A stretch of 64,000 nt of DNA from Methanomassiliicoccaceae archaeon (GCA_040776945.1 JAXGZN010000002.1:608001-672000), one strand, 5' to 3'; shown: positions 29,576 to 40,060, numbered from the stretch's first letter. The notes: a model not told the origin generated them from the sequence alone. A program made the numbers and translations.

Positions 29576-29615
29576 TTCAAAACAAGAATGGCCGTGCCAA
29601 ATGATCCTCATGTGC

Positions 29616-30440
29616 TCACTCCTTGGAGGGGGCCTTTCGGAAACGCACCCCGCAGGAAGGGCACTTGTTATCGCTGTCGGTCACTACTTCATGACACACC
29701 GGACAAAGGACCGCCTCGTCCTCGTCCTTCCTCTTGCCCCTAGTGACCATTGGCAGGTAACGGATCACAGCATAGACCATCAGCGCGGATGCCACGATGG
29801 AAACGCCCCAGGCCAGAGCGCCCGTCAGTATGCCTGCGGATACGACATAGATGTCCAGCACGTAGACCCCGATGCCCATGGCAAGCAGACCGCCTGGAAC
29901 AAACTGGGGCGTTCGAACGGTCCTCAGGGGAAGGCGCCTTACTGCCTCCCCGGGCTTAACGGGCTCTGCCGAGGCCTCCATAGGCGGCCTGATCGGATCG
30001 TCCTGTACAAGGGCGGGCTGTGGGGCCGCTGCCGGAGCTTCCGCTTCCGTCATCTCAGGGACCGTTTCGGGCGGTGTGTCCGGCGAGCTGTCGACGGCGG
30101 CATGGACGATATCGTCCCCGCGGTCCTCCAAGCTCAGGTCAGGAGGCAGCTCCAGGCGGGTCTCGATGCTCTTCTCTGCTACAGGCATCTCCGCTGGTCT
30201 TTTCATGGTCAGCTCGATCCTGGAGCGAACGGACGTATCCATGTCCGAGAGCTCGACGTCACGCCCGATGCGCTCCAGGTCGTTCACTTGCCCCATCCAG
30301 TCATCGGTAGCGGCCTTGAAGTCCCAGCCGCAGAAATCGCATTGGTAAGCACCTTGGCGATTTCTAAGCCCGCAGCGAGGGCATTCCTTCAGACCAGATG
30401 ACCTTTCCATGGACCTGCCGAGCGTCGGATTATCCTCCAT
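29616..30440 (-). CDS. zinc-ribbon membrane protein (N- and C-terminal CxxC pairs)
   Basis: CPRC..CDFC at the N-terminus, Pro/Glu linker, two TM helices, CPVC..CPSC at the C-terminus. Confidence 0.8.
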   Translation of the reverse strand: MEDNPTLGRSMERSSGLKECPRCGLRNRQGAYQCDFCGWDFKAATDDWMGQVNDLERIGRDVELSDMDTSVRSRIELTMKRPAEMPVAEKSIETRLELPPDLSLEDRGDDIVHAAVDSSPDTPPETVPEMTEAEAPAAAPQPALVQDDPIRPPMEASAEPVKPGEAVRRLPLRTVRTPQFVPGGLLAMGIGVYVLDIYVVSAGILTGALAWGVSIVASALMVYAVIRYLPMVTRGKRKDEDEAVLCPVCHEVVTDSDNKCPSCGVRFRKAPSKE

Positions 30441-31589
30441 TATTATAATCATTTTGTCAGAAAACTCACCTTTTGAGATATAGTCGCGGCACCATGGACG
30501 ATGGTCCTTGATGCGTTCCATGTCATTAATGCAGACCTCTCTTTGCCGGCGGCAGATCCCGATCGTCCGTTTTGGATCGACCCGAAGATCAAGCCCCGCT
30601 CCTCTCTGTCCACCGGCAGTTACCAGCTTGAGTCGGACGGCGCTTTTTGCACGGTCCTTTAGATCGCGATTTAGTGAACATCATCGCCCGGCCTCTGCTA
30701 CGGCCGGGAGATGACCGCGCTGTCCACGGGCCACGGGTCGGAAAAGATAGAGGAACTGCTGCTCCAGCTCCTGGACGCTGGAACGGTCCGGTGATGGCCT
30801 CAGGGGCCCCCAAAAATGGACATCAGCACTAAGATGCGGTGAAGGGATCGAAAATCTTTCAGATCGGCTCCCTTTCCTGCGACCCTCCCTATGTGAAAGG
30901 ATGCTCATATGGCTCAGGTTGCCGCAGTGACGGTGCATAATTTTGCGCCCCTTCGACGTTCTTGACCACAAGTCTCGACGGCAATATGGGGGGCAGCGTT
31001 CCCTCGGGCAAGCCAACACCTCTGCCTGGAAAGGACCATTGCTGCGATATCCTGGCATGGAAGGGTCTTCCTCGAAGAACAGCCCATTTGATCAGAGATC
31101 ATCGATCGGTGATCTGGTTCAGGTCGTCCATTGCTGCGGTGGAAGGCCTCGGCAACCGAGCTCGAAGTTATATGCCGGCTCATCGGGACACATAAGGATG
31201 GCCGCAAGGCCGTTGGCACCGATGGGCTCTTAGACGCCTTCGTTCGGACCCTCACTTGATATGGTAATTCGCCACCATCATTGAGCACGGGCGGCCAAGG
31301 CTTTGGCCGCGCGGCGGATGTCATCGGCCTTGGCACTATGGTCCATCCTTCATGCCAGATCCTTCCAGAGGGCGACCTGGTCAGCGGCATTTATGAATGT
31401 GGCCGATCAATGAGAACCAAACTCGAGCAGCATCTTGGAAGACGGGTCCCCGAAGGTTCTACACACTTTGACCGGCACAGAATGCCCGTGAGAAGCTAGC
31501 TCTGCATTAAGCAACTATCTGCTGTCCGGTCACCCAGGTGAGGATGGAAGGGGAAATTTAATTAGAATGTAACCAAATAGAGAATCAAA

Positions 31590-32735
31590 ATGAGGATTCT
31601 AGTTCTCTGCGTGGACCGGGACGATGACTTCGGTGTCAAGGCCGGTCTCAACAGTCCTTTCGTCGGCCGGGAGGAAAATCTCAAAGCAGCTATAGGGCTG
31701 GGCCTCAAGGACGCTGAAGACTCAGATACCAACACCCTTCTGGCGGCCATAAGCATCTACGATGAGATGATCAAGAAGGGAATGGACGTGGAGATCGCCA
31801 CCATTTGCGGGGACGTGCACGTTGGATACGAGAGCGATCTGGTGCTCTCTACACAGCTGGAGACCGTATTGGGCCTTGTAAGGCCTGACCGGGTCGTGCT
31901 GGTCTCCGACGGAGCTGAGGATGAGTACATCTATCCCGTGGTCTCTTCGAGGGTGAAGGTCGACTCCGTGCGCAAGGTCTTTGTCAAGCAGGTGCCCACG
32001 GTCGAAGGCACGTACTACATCCTGATCAAAATGCTGAACGACGAAAAGGTCAGAAAGCGCATCGTCGTACCCATCGGCCTGGCGCTTCTCGTGTTCGGCA
32101 TATTCGCTCTCCTGGACCCCATCATAATGCTGTTCCAGGGCTCAGCCGAGGTGTCGTTCACCAACATGGGGCTGGCCATGATCTGGGCGGTCGTCGGCCT
32201 GTACCTGGTTATGTTCGCGTACAAGGCCGGAGATAGGGCAAGGGAGTGGTGGAAGGAGACGCAAACCGCGGTGAAGGAAGGAAGCACCATGCTACCCTTC
32301 GCTGTGCTGGCGATCATGATATTCCTGTTAGGTCTGCTTTACGGACTGGACGCGGCTCTGTCGGACCCCGAGGCCGAGGTGCTGGAGAAGATCGTGCTGT
32401 TCGTGGGCGGCTTCATGTGGATGTGCGTGTTCGCCTACTTCACCTTCCAGGTCGGCCTGTTCATCAATGACTATCTGTCCAAGGGCGTTCTTCAGTACTC
32501 GTATCTCGTTGCCTCGGTCACGATATTCGCCCTGGGCTTCATCCTCCAGGGGGCCTTGGACGCTACTCAGGTTTTCTTTGGGTTCCGCAACTATGATCAA
32601 GCGGTGATCTTCTTGGAGATCATGGCCGGGTTCCTTCTGGCGGTCTTCGGGGCCCTTCTCAATACGTCCTTGAGGGGGATGAACGGGAAACAGAAGGGAG
32701 CGGAGAGCGGCGATCCAGTGGAGAGCGCGGAGTGA
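31590..32735 (+). CDS. DUF373-family membrane protein
   Basis: LVLCVDRDDD, EDSDTN and VSDGAEDE followed by multiple TM helices. Confidence 0.9.
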   Translation: MRILVLCVDRDDDFGVKAGLNSPFVGREENLKAAIGLGLKDAEDSDTNTLLAAISIYDEMIKKGMDVEIATICGDVHVGYESDLVLSTQLETVLGLVRPDRVVLVSDGAEDEYIYPVVSSRVKVDSVRKVFVKQVPTVEGTYYILIKMLNDEKVRKRIVVPIGLALLVFGIFALLDPIIMLFQGSAEVSFTNMGLAMIWAVVGLYLVMFAYKAGDRAREWWKETQTAVKEGSTMLPFAVLAIMIFLLGLLYGLDAALSDPEAEVLEKIVLFVGGFMWMCVFAYFTFQVGLFINDYLSKGVLQYSYLVASVTIFALGFILQGALDATQVFFGFRNYDQAVIFLEIMAGFLLAVFGALLNTSLRGMNGKQKGAESGDPVESAE

Positions 32736-33427
32736 GCGGACCGATGGACTATGCGGACTGGGAACCTCACTACCTTCGCATTGCGAGCGATTTCGGCTTT
32801 TCGATCCGAGAGGACGAGCTTGCTGCGTTGAGGCTCTATGAGCTGGCAAAGGGCAAGGAGACGTGCGCTCCCTCATGCCTCCGCAGCCGAATGGGCGTCG
32901 AGGCCACGGTTGTAGGCGACGGGCCCGGCCTTGAACTAGAGCTGAAGAAAGCGCCTTTAAGAGGAACGGTGATCGCAGCGGACGGAGCGACCTCCACGCT
33001 GATGCACACCCTCGGGAAGGTCCCGGACGTGATAGTCACAGATCTGGATGGGAACGTGCCCGATCAGCTTTCGGCAAACGCACAAGGTTCGATAGTTGTG
33101 ATCCTAGCGCACGGCGACAATGTTGAGGCCATCGAGAGATACGTCCCCTGGTTCACCGGACCCATTGTCCTTACAACCCAATCCCGGCCGTTCGACGGCG
33201 TGCATAATTTCGGGGGCTTCACAGACGGGGACAGGGCGGTGATGCTCGCCCGGCATTTCGGGGCTAAGAGAATATTCCTCGCGGGCTTCGACCTCGATGA
33301 CCCTAGGCCGAAGGAGGGCAAGGACCTTGCGATCAAGCGCCGCAAGCTCGAGGAGGCCCGCAGGCTGATTTGGGACATGAACCCCTCGGACGTTGAGATA
33401 GTTTCCTCCATCGCCCTTGATGGGTGA
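32732..33427 (+). CDS. mptE: 6-hydroxymethyl-7,8-dihydropterin pyrophosphokinase (DUF115/MptE-like)
   Basis: W.P.Y..I..DFG, AADGA, VTDLDG, AHGDN and NFGGFTDGDRA. Confidence 0.88.
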   Translation: MSGPMDYADWEPHYLRIASDFGFSIREDELAALRLYELAKGKETCAPSCLRSRMGVEATVVGDGPGLELELKKAPLRGTVIAADGATSTLMHTLGKVPDVIVTDLDGNVPDQLSANAQGSIVVILAHGDNVEAIERYVPWFTGPIVLTTQSRPFDGVHNFGGFTDGDRAVMLARHFGAKRIFLAGFDLDDPRPKEGKDLAIKRRKLEEARRLIWDMNPSDVEIVSSIALDG

Positions 33428-33678
33428 GGCCCGGGAACATGAACGACCATCGTGGCCTTTTTTTTGTTCCAGACAATCAGAAGTCATTTCGATAATTGAT
33501 AAATTTGCAGTCTTTTCTACGATTATAGAAATATAGAATTATCGATAATATATGATGCTGGATATCCTAAACAATTTATGAAATGTCCAATAATTATTAT
33601 ATAGCTCAGTTGTGTTATCAAGGGGTAATGTCTATCCCATTTTTCATAACGGGAAGACGTCATTAAGGAGGAAACTAA

Positions 33679-35538
33679 ATGGAAGGAAGTGCACCTGCTG
33701 CAAAAAAACGCGGCATGAGCAAGAAGCTATTGGCGGTCATCGTCGTAGCCGTATTGCTGATCGCCGCGATTGCTGCCGCCGTCTTGGTCCTTGGCAATCA
33801 GGGCAAGAGCGAGCAGGCAGACAACTGGCTCGATAAGGGCTTTAATCTGGAGATCTTCTATAATTCCGGAAATACGGCCCGCCAGACCGCTTGTGAACTG
33901 ATCAAATCAGGCCTAGAGTCCCTGAACCCCGGCAAGATCAAGATTACGGTCACTCCTCTCGAATGGTCCAACTACCTCGAGTACAGGAAGACCGGCAAGA
34001 TGGCCGCGATGTTCCTCGGATGGGCGCCTGACTATGCTGATCCGGACGACTATCTCCAGCCCTTCTACCTGTCCGGTGGGACCTATGCGTCAATGATAGG
34101 TTACAACAACGCGACCCTTGACGCCATGATCGCCGCCGCTGCCGCTGAGCTCGATGACACTCAGAGGGCTGCGCTGTACAAAGAGATCAGCATGGACATG
34201 TACGAAGAGTGCATCTATGTATGGACCGCCCAGGCCAACAACTTCGCCGCGCAGAGGAACTGGGTGGAGGGTTACGCGTACAACCCCATGTACTCCAACC
34301 TGTACTACTACTCTCTCAGCAAGACGGAGGCGGCCGCCGACACTACGACCTTTAGATATGCTAGTATCGACGGTAATGCAGAGAGCTTCGACCCAGTTGT
34401 CGACTACGAGACCGTGGGCGGTGAACTGCTCCAGAACGTGTATGAGACCCTGGTTTGGTACAACGGCACCTCTTCCAGCGACCTCATTCCGATGCTGGCC
34501 ACAGAGGTCCCCACGATCGAGAACGGCGGCATCTCCGCGGACGGGCTGACCTACACCTTCAACATCCGCTCCGGTGTCGAGTTCAGCGATGGGACCCCCA
34601 TGACCGCCGAGGATGTCAAGTACAGCTTTGACCGCGGCCTCATGTACAACGACCCGCACGGGCCGTTCTGGATGTATGGTCAGGTCCTGATACCTGACTA
34701 CTACAACTACGGCATGGCGACCTTCACCGATGCCGGCGTCATGCAGCCCGAGATCACTCAGGCCATGTGCGATGCCGCCATTTGGGTCGTCGACAGCGAC
34801 ACCGTCCAGTTCAACCTGACCCAGCCCTACCCTGCGTTCCTGAGCACCCTTGCCTTCAACGCTGGGTCCATTGTCTCCAAGAGCTACGTGGAGGCCAACG
34901 GCGGGCTGTCCAAGAACGGATATACCTTCATGAGCACTCACATGATGGGCACTGGTCCGTTCGTTCTTGGCGATTTCGCCACTGATGCATACTACAACCT
35001 GGACAGGAACGACAACTACTGGAGGGAACCCGCTGCCCTGGCCCACGTGATCATCAGCCAGGTCCCCGAGGTTGGCACCAGGATCCTTCAGCTCCAGAAC
35101 GGAGATGTGGACGCTGCGGCCATTCCCCGCGACAAGAAGACCACCCTTGAAGCTATGGAAGGCGTGGTCCTGAGGACCGGCTCCCCCTCGTTCAACGTGG
35201 ACTTCCTGGGCCTGAACCAGAAGCTGAACCTGACCGGCGCCAACCCCGACCTGACCAACGTCCCGTCGGACTTCTTCGCCGACAAGAACGTCAGGCTAGC
35301 GTTCGCTCACGCCTTCAAGTATTCGACCTATATCGAGAACACCCTGCAGGGCACCGCACTGCAGCCTAACGGAGCCATACCAAAGGGCATGTTCGGCTAC
35401 AGCGCTGATGTCCCCATCTACGACTACAATCTCGAAAAGGCCAAGGAATACCTGAAGGCGGCCAAGCTGCCGGCCGGCACTTCGTCCGCCTCCGCGCTGG
35501 ACGAGGTAGTTGCCGCGATCGCCAGGTTCGAGCTGTAA
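33679..35538 (+). CDS. peptide/nickel ABC transporter substrate-binding protein (family 5), circularly permuted
   Basis: Family-5 motifs (VYETLV, DGLTYTF..R.GV.FSDG, GTGPF, W.PDY.DP) are all present but in permuted order; N-terminal TM anchor. Confidence 0.92.
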   Translation: MEGSAPAAKKRGMSKKLLAVIVVAVLLIAAIAAAVLVLGNQGKSEQADNWLDKGFNLEIFYNSGNTARQTACELIKSGLESLNPGKIKITVTPLEWSNYLEYRKTGKMAAMFLGWAPDYADPDDYLQPFYLSGGTYASMIGYNNATLDAMIAAAAAELDDTQRAALYKEISMDMYEECIYVWTAQANNFAAQRNWVEGYAYNPMYSNLYYYSLSKTEAAADTTTFRYASIDGNAESFDPVVDYETVGGELLQNVYETLVWYNGTSSSDLIPMLATEVPTIENGGISADGLTYTFNIRSGVEFSDGTPMTAEDVKYSFDRGLMYNDPHGPFWMYGQVLIPDYYNYGMATFTDAGVMQPEITQAMCDAAIWVVDSDTVQFNLTQPYPAFLSTLAFNAGSIVSKSYVEANGGLSKNGYTFMSTHMMGTGPFVLGDFATDAYYNLDRNDNYWREPAALAHVIISQVPEVGTRILQLQNGDVDAAAIPRDKKTTLEAMEGVVLRTGSPSFNVDFLGLNQKLNLTGANPDLTNVPSDFFADKNVRLAFAHAFKYSTYIENTLQGTALQPNGAIPKGMFGYSADVPIYDYNLEKAKEYLKAAKLPAGTSSASALDEVVAAIARFEL

Positions 35539-35677
35539 TTCCTTCCCAACCTTCTTTTTCTTTTTCTTATTTTTTTACCTTGGCCAGCGGTATGGAACCG
35601 CCTTCGTTCCGTAAGTATCGCCCTTAGAACTATCATATGTATTATATAGCGATGAAAGGCTCCATGAATCGATTCTG

Positions 35678-36700
35678 ATGGGTCTGAAACGGTATATATT
35701 CAGACGGCTGTTATTGATAATACCCGTTCTCATCGGGGTTTCCATCATCATCTTCTCCCTGACCCGGATGGCAGGGGACCCTGCTGCGGCATACATCAAT
35801 GAAAAGATGAACGCCTCACAGATAGCCGACGTCTACCAGAAATACCATTTCAATGAACCCGTCTATGTTCAATACTTCTACTGGCTCAATGGCATACTGA
35901 ACCTGGACTGGGGATGGTCGAAGACCGCGACGATGCCAGTTACCGACGCCATAGCCTACTATTTGCCCGCAACGTTCGAACTTGCACTTACCAGCATCAT
36001 CATCGCCATAATCGCGGGCATCGCATTGGGGACCACATCGGCGGTCAAGAAGAACAGGCCGTTCGACCATACGACCCGGGTCATATCGCTCATAGGTGTT
36101 TCTATCCCGGTCTTCTGGCTCGGCCTTCTCCTGTTGTTGGTCTTCTATGCCCAGCTCGGCCTGTTCCCCAAGGGCGGGAGGTATAGCGACATCTTCATCT
36201 TGACCGGGGTCACCAAGAACCTGGTGACCGGTTTCATGACCGTCGATTCCCTGATCATGGGAAATCTGAACTTCTTCGCTGACGTCATCTGGCATCTGAT
36301 CCTGCCTGCAGTGACACTTTCGTTCTCCAGTATAGCGCTCATCCTCAGGATGCAGAGGAACAGCATGCTGGAAGTGCTGCATCTCGATTACATAAAGACC
36401 GCCAGGGCCAAGGGCGTGCCGGAGAGAGCGGTCATACGGAAGCATGCCCGAAGGAACGCCCTCATACCTACGACCACTGTCGTCGGACTGGCCTTTGGAG
36501 GCCTGCTCAGCGGAGCCGTGCTTACCGAATCTATCTTCCAATGGCCCGGACTGGGGAGATGGTCGGCGAAGTCGATATTGAGGATGGATACCGCCTCGAT
36601 CCTGGGCTTTTGCCTGCTGATAGCGTTCATCTATGTCATAGCGAACCTGGTAGTGGATATCATGTATGCATATCTCGACCCAAGGGTCAAGCTGGGGTGA
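35678..36700 (+). CDS. dppB: peptide ABC transporter permease (DppB/OppB-like)
   Basis: YI.RRL, PATFEL, P.FWL, DYIKTARAKG and LDPRV. Confidence 0.93.
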   Translation: MGLKRYIFRRLLLIIPVLIGVSIIIFSLTRMAGDPAAAYINEKMNASQIADVYQKYHFNEPVYVQYFYWLNGILNLDWGWSKTATMPVTDAIAYYLPATFELALTSIIIAIIAGIALGTTSAVKKNRPFDHTTRVISLIGVSIPVFWLGLLLLLVFYAQLGLFPKGGRYSDIFILTGVTKNLVTGFMTVDSLIMGNLNFFADVIWHLILPAVTLSFSSIALILRMQRNSMLEVLHLDYIKTARAKGVPERAVIRKHARRNALIPTTTVVGLAFGGLLSGAVLTESIFQWPGLGRWSAKSILRMDTASILGFCLLIAFIYVIANLVVDIMYAYLDPRVKLG

Positions 36701-36704
36701 TAAG

Positions 36705-37685
36705 ATGGCGATATCCACCAGATCCCGTACCGCAGCAAGCACTGCAACGGACAGCTCGATCATCAGCATTCGCGACATCACCGCCGAGCTACGGCCCAGG
36801 ATCAAGGAATGGAAGAACTCCTGGGACCTGATCCGGCATAACTGGACGGCGATGATGGGGCTTGTGCTCATCATCACCATAATCATCATCGCCATTCTGG
36901 CCCCGGTCCTCGCACCCCCCTCGGGAGTGGACGCGATGTACATCCCGAGGGATTTTGACCTTCCAAAGCCGCCCTTCATCCCCGGGCATCCGCTGGGCAC
37001 CGGAGAGATGGGAGCAGACATCTATTACGGGGTCATTTGGGGCGCGCGGACGACCATCGTCATCTCCCTCTATGTCGTACTGACCGCCGCCCTCGTTGGA
37101 CTGGTCGTTGGAGCGATATCTGGTTACTATGGAGGCGTCATCGACGAGGTCCTAATGAGGTTCACTGACATATTCCTCTCCCTGCCCGCACTGATCATGG
37201 CCATGGCCATCGCGTCTATACTCACGAGGAACCTGGAGAACATGATGTTCGCCCTGATCATAGTGTGGTGGCCGAGCTATGCTCGCCTCATAAGAGGGCA
37301 GGTACTTACGATCCGCGAGAGCACTTACGTAGAGGCGGCAAAGGCCATCGGAAGCAAGCGCGGAAGGATCCTTTTCAGGCACATCGTGCCCAATTCGCTC
37401 TCTCCCCTCATAGTGGCCATCACCCTGGACCTGGGCGCGGTGGCCCTGGTCGCCGCCAGCCTGAGCTATATAGGGTTCGGGGTACCAAGCGGCTACGCCG
37501 AATGGGGAAGAATGGTATCGGACGGGCAGGGATGGTTCCTGGCCAAGGTACCCTTCAATGGCGCCTATCACACCCCTTGGTGGGTAGTGTCGTTCCCCGC
37601 CCTTATGATCCTGCTGTTCACGATGGGCTTCAGCCTGCTGGGGGACGGCCTGAGGGATATTCTGGACCCGAGGTCAAGGAGGTGA
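36705..37685 (+). CDS. dppC: peptide ABC transporter permease (DppC/OppC-like)
   Basis: HPLGT..G.D, YVEAAKAIG, EWG.M and GDGLRDILDP. Confidence 0.93.
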   Translation: MAISTRSRTAASTATDSSIISIRDITAELRPRIKEWKNSWDLIRHNWTAMMGLVLIITIIIIAILAPVLAPPSGVDAMYIPRDFDLPKPPFIPGHPLGTGEMGADIYYGVIWGARTTIVISLYVVLTAALVGLVVGAISGYYGGVIDEVLMRFTDIFLSLPALIMAMAIASILTRNLENMMFALIIVWWPSYARLIRGQVLTIRESTYVEAAKAIGSKRGRILFRHIVPNSLSPLIVAITLDLGAVALVAASLSYIGFGVPSGYAEWGRMVSDGQGWFLAKVPFNGAYHTPWWVVSFPALMILLFTMGFSLLGDGLRDILDPRSRR

Positions 37686-37689
37686 GAAG

Positions 37690-38952
37690 ATGAGCTCTGA
37701 GACCATCATTGAGATCGAGGACCTGTATGTCAACTTCTACACCAAATCCGGAGTGGTCTATGCTCTTGACGGTGTCAATCTGAAGATAAACAGGGGTGAA
37801 GCTCTGGGCCTGGTCGGCGAAAGCGGATGCGGCAAGAGCGTCACCGCCAATTCCATTCTGCAGCTCGTTCCCAGCCCCCCGGGGAAGGTCGAGAAGGGAC
37901 AGATACTGTTCGATATGCCCTCTGAGGTAAGGAGGAAGAAGGAGAGCATAGGCGAGAAGCTGAAGCATTTGGACGAAAGCGCCCCCGAGGCCGCCCGACT
38001 CAGGGACGAGCTCAATACCGAGCTGGCAAAGTACGACATCGTCCGGAAGTCGCAGGAGGAGCTCCGAAAGGTGAGGGGGAAGGCCATATCCATGATCTTC
38101 CAGGAGCCCATGAGCTCCCTCAATCCAGTGTTCACGGCCGGTGATCAGATAGCGGAGGTCATCCTTCTCCACGAGCGGCCTGAGCTCGCTGCGGCGGTCC
38201 TGCGGAGCTTCGACCAAGGAAATGGCGCCGGCGGCATCAAGCTGAAGATCTATCGCAGCCTTTACAAGAGGATGCAGGCCGATCCCGAAGCTCTTCTGCT
38301 GAGGCTCATGTCCAAGGTGCCCCTGCTGCGGAGGTACGAGAGGCCGTTGGTCAAGGAGGCGAACGAGCGCGCGGTCAACATGCTCCGCCTGGTACGCGTG
38401 CCCGATCCGATCAACGTATCCAAGTCATATCCCTATGAGCTCTCTGGAGGGATGCAGCAAAGGGTCATGATAGCCATGGCCTTGGCATGCAAGCCTCAAT
38501 TGCTCATAGCCGATGAGCCTACGACCGCTTTGGACGTCACCATCCAAGCGCAGATAATCAAGCTCATGCGTGAACTGCAGAAGGATACCGGGACGACCAT
38601 CCTCATGATCACCCATAATCTAGGCATCATCGCGGAGATCTGCGATCGCGTGGGCGTTATGTACGCCGGCAACATCGTCGAGCTGTCGTCGAAGCGCGAG
38701 CTGTTCAAGGAGCCGCTGCATCCCTATACCCTCGGGTTGCTGGCGGCCATCCCCCGCATAGACATAGAGCTCCCGAGGCTGGAGATAATCGAGGGGAACG
38801 TTCCCAACCTCACCAAGCCTCCGACCGGATGCCGCTTCCATCCCCGATGCCCTTACGCCATGAACATATGCTCCACCGACAAGCCGTCCATGATAGAGAT
38901 AACCCCCGGTCACTCAGTGGCCTGCCATCTGTACACGGGGGTGGAGAATTGA
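37690..38952 (+). CDS. dppD: peptide ABC transporter ATPase (DppD-like, with insertions)
   Basis: [26 protein letters not shown] and C-terminal GCRFHPRC...VACH. Confidence 0.93.
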   Translation: MSSETIIEIEDLYVNFYTKSGVVYALDGVNLKINRGEALGLVGESGCGKSVTANSILQLVPSPPGKVEKGQILFDMPSEVRRKKESIGEKLKHLDESAPEAARLRDELNTELAKYDIVRKSQEELRKVRGKAISMIFQEPMSSLNPVFTAGDQIAEVILLHERPELAAAVLRSFDQGNGAGGIKLKIYRSLYKRMQADPEALLLRLMSKVPLLRRYERPLVKEANERAVNMLRLVRVPDPINVSKSYPYELSGGMQQRVMIAMALACKPQLLIADEPTTALDVTIQAQIIKLMRELQKDTGTTILMITHNLGIIAEICDRVGVMYAGNIVELSSKRELFKEPLHPYTLGLLAAIPRIDIELPRLEIIEGNVPNLTKPPTGCRFHPRCPYAMNICSTDKPSMIEITPGHSVACHLYTGVEN

Positions 38953-40058
38953 GCGACGACATCCTCATCGACGTCAGGGGGATGAAGAAGTATTTCCCCA
39001 TCCGTAAAAGCCTGTTCTCCCGGAGCGCGTCGGCGGTGAGAGCGGTGGACGACGTATCGTTCTATATCCGAAAGGGAGAGACTCTCGGGCTAGTGGGGGA
39101 GAGCGGCTGCGGAAAGACCACCACTGGTAGATGCGTTCTCCGCCTCATTAGGCCGACCGGCGGTCATGTATATTGGAAGATGCCCGCCGATGTCCGGACC
39201 AGACTGGACGATCTAGAGGCCCGCCAAACAGCGCTCCTCGAAGCAGGCGGATGGAACGGAAGCAAGGAACAACAGGCCGATATCGAGGGCGCCCTTAAGG
39301 AGATCCGCAGAAAGTACGCGATGGAGTACCGCTCCAGCGAGGACCTGCGGCACATGAGAAGGAACATGCAGATCGTGTTCCAGGACCCTTACTCGTCACT
39401 CAACCCGCGCATGCTGATCAAGGATATAGTCGGCGAGCCTCTGCAGATCCATGGAGTGGCGCACGGGCAGGACCTCTTGGAGAGGACGAAGAACCTTATG
39501 GAGGCGGTAGGGCTGAGCCCCGAGCACCTGTATCGATTCCCGCATGAGTTCTCCGGAGGACAGAGGCAAAGGATTGGGGTGGCCAGGGCGCTCGCGCTCA
39601 ACCCTGAGCTGGTGGTGCTCGACGAGCCGACCTCGGCATTGGACATGTCCGTGCAGGCGCAGATACTGAACATGCTCAACGACCTGCAGGCCAGCTATGG
39701 TCTAACATATCTGTTCATTTCCCACGATCTCAGCACCATCCACTACATGTGCGACCGGATCAACGTCATGTACCTGGGCAAGATCGTGGAATCGGCGCCC
39801 AAGCAGGAGCTGTTCGACAATCCCCTTCACCCGTATACCAAGGCCCTACTGTCGTCGATACCTGTCCCGGACCCCGACCTCCAGCGTGAAAGGGTCCCTC
39901 TGGCAGGCGAGATACCCTCTCCGGCCAATCCCCCCTCGGGTTGCCGGTTCCACACCCGGTGCAAGCGCCGGCAGGGAAAGTGCGAGACCGAGGTTCCGCC
40001 GTTGATAAACATCGGCGGGGAACACTTCGTGTCCTGTCATTATTGGGACCAGAAATAG
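38949..40058 (+). CDS. dppF: peptide ABC transporter ATPase (DppF-like, with insertion)
   Basis: GESGCGKT, FSGGQRQR, DEPTSALD and GCRFHTRC; TTG start overlaps the dppD stop. Confidence 0.93.
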   Translation: MSDDILIDVRGMKKYFPIRKSLFSRSASAVRAVDDVSFYIRKGETLGLVGESGCGKTTTGRCVLRLIRPTGGHVYWKMPADVRTRLDDLEARQTALLEAGGWNGSKEQQADIEGALKEIRRKYAMEYRSSEDLRHMRRNMQIVFQDPYSSLNPRMLIKDIVGEPLQIHGVAHGQDLLERTKNLMEAVGLSPEHLYRFPHEFSGGQRQRIGVARALALNPELVVLDEPTSALDMSVQAQILNMLNDLQASYGLTYLFISHDLSTIHYMCDRINVMYLGKIVESAPKQELFDNPLHPYTKALLSSIPVPDPDLQRERVPLAGEIPSPANPPSGCRFHTRCKRRQGKCETEVPPLINIGGEHFVSCHYWDQK

Positions 40059-40060
40059 AC

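Larger units (their letters stand above)
27828..29611 (-). pseudogene. MBL-fold metallo-hydrolase gene interrupted by an IS
   Basis: The 5' piece MRIIWHGHSCFE (29611-29576) joins in frame to IKDTVTVVTDP...THDHFDH...HCGD...PMH once the IS and one target copy are removed. Confidence 0.92.

Noticed and set aside
35816-37021. Long antisense ORFs (also 1175..2050, 34090..35046, 60485..61708, 62380..63336)
   Set aside because: They are shadows of GC-rich real genes and carry no motifs.
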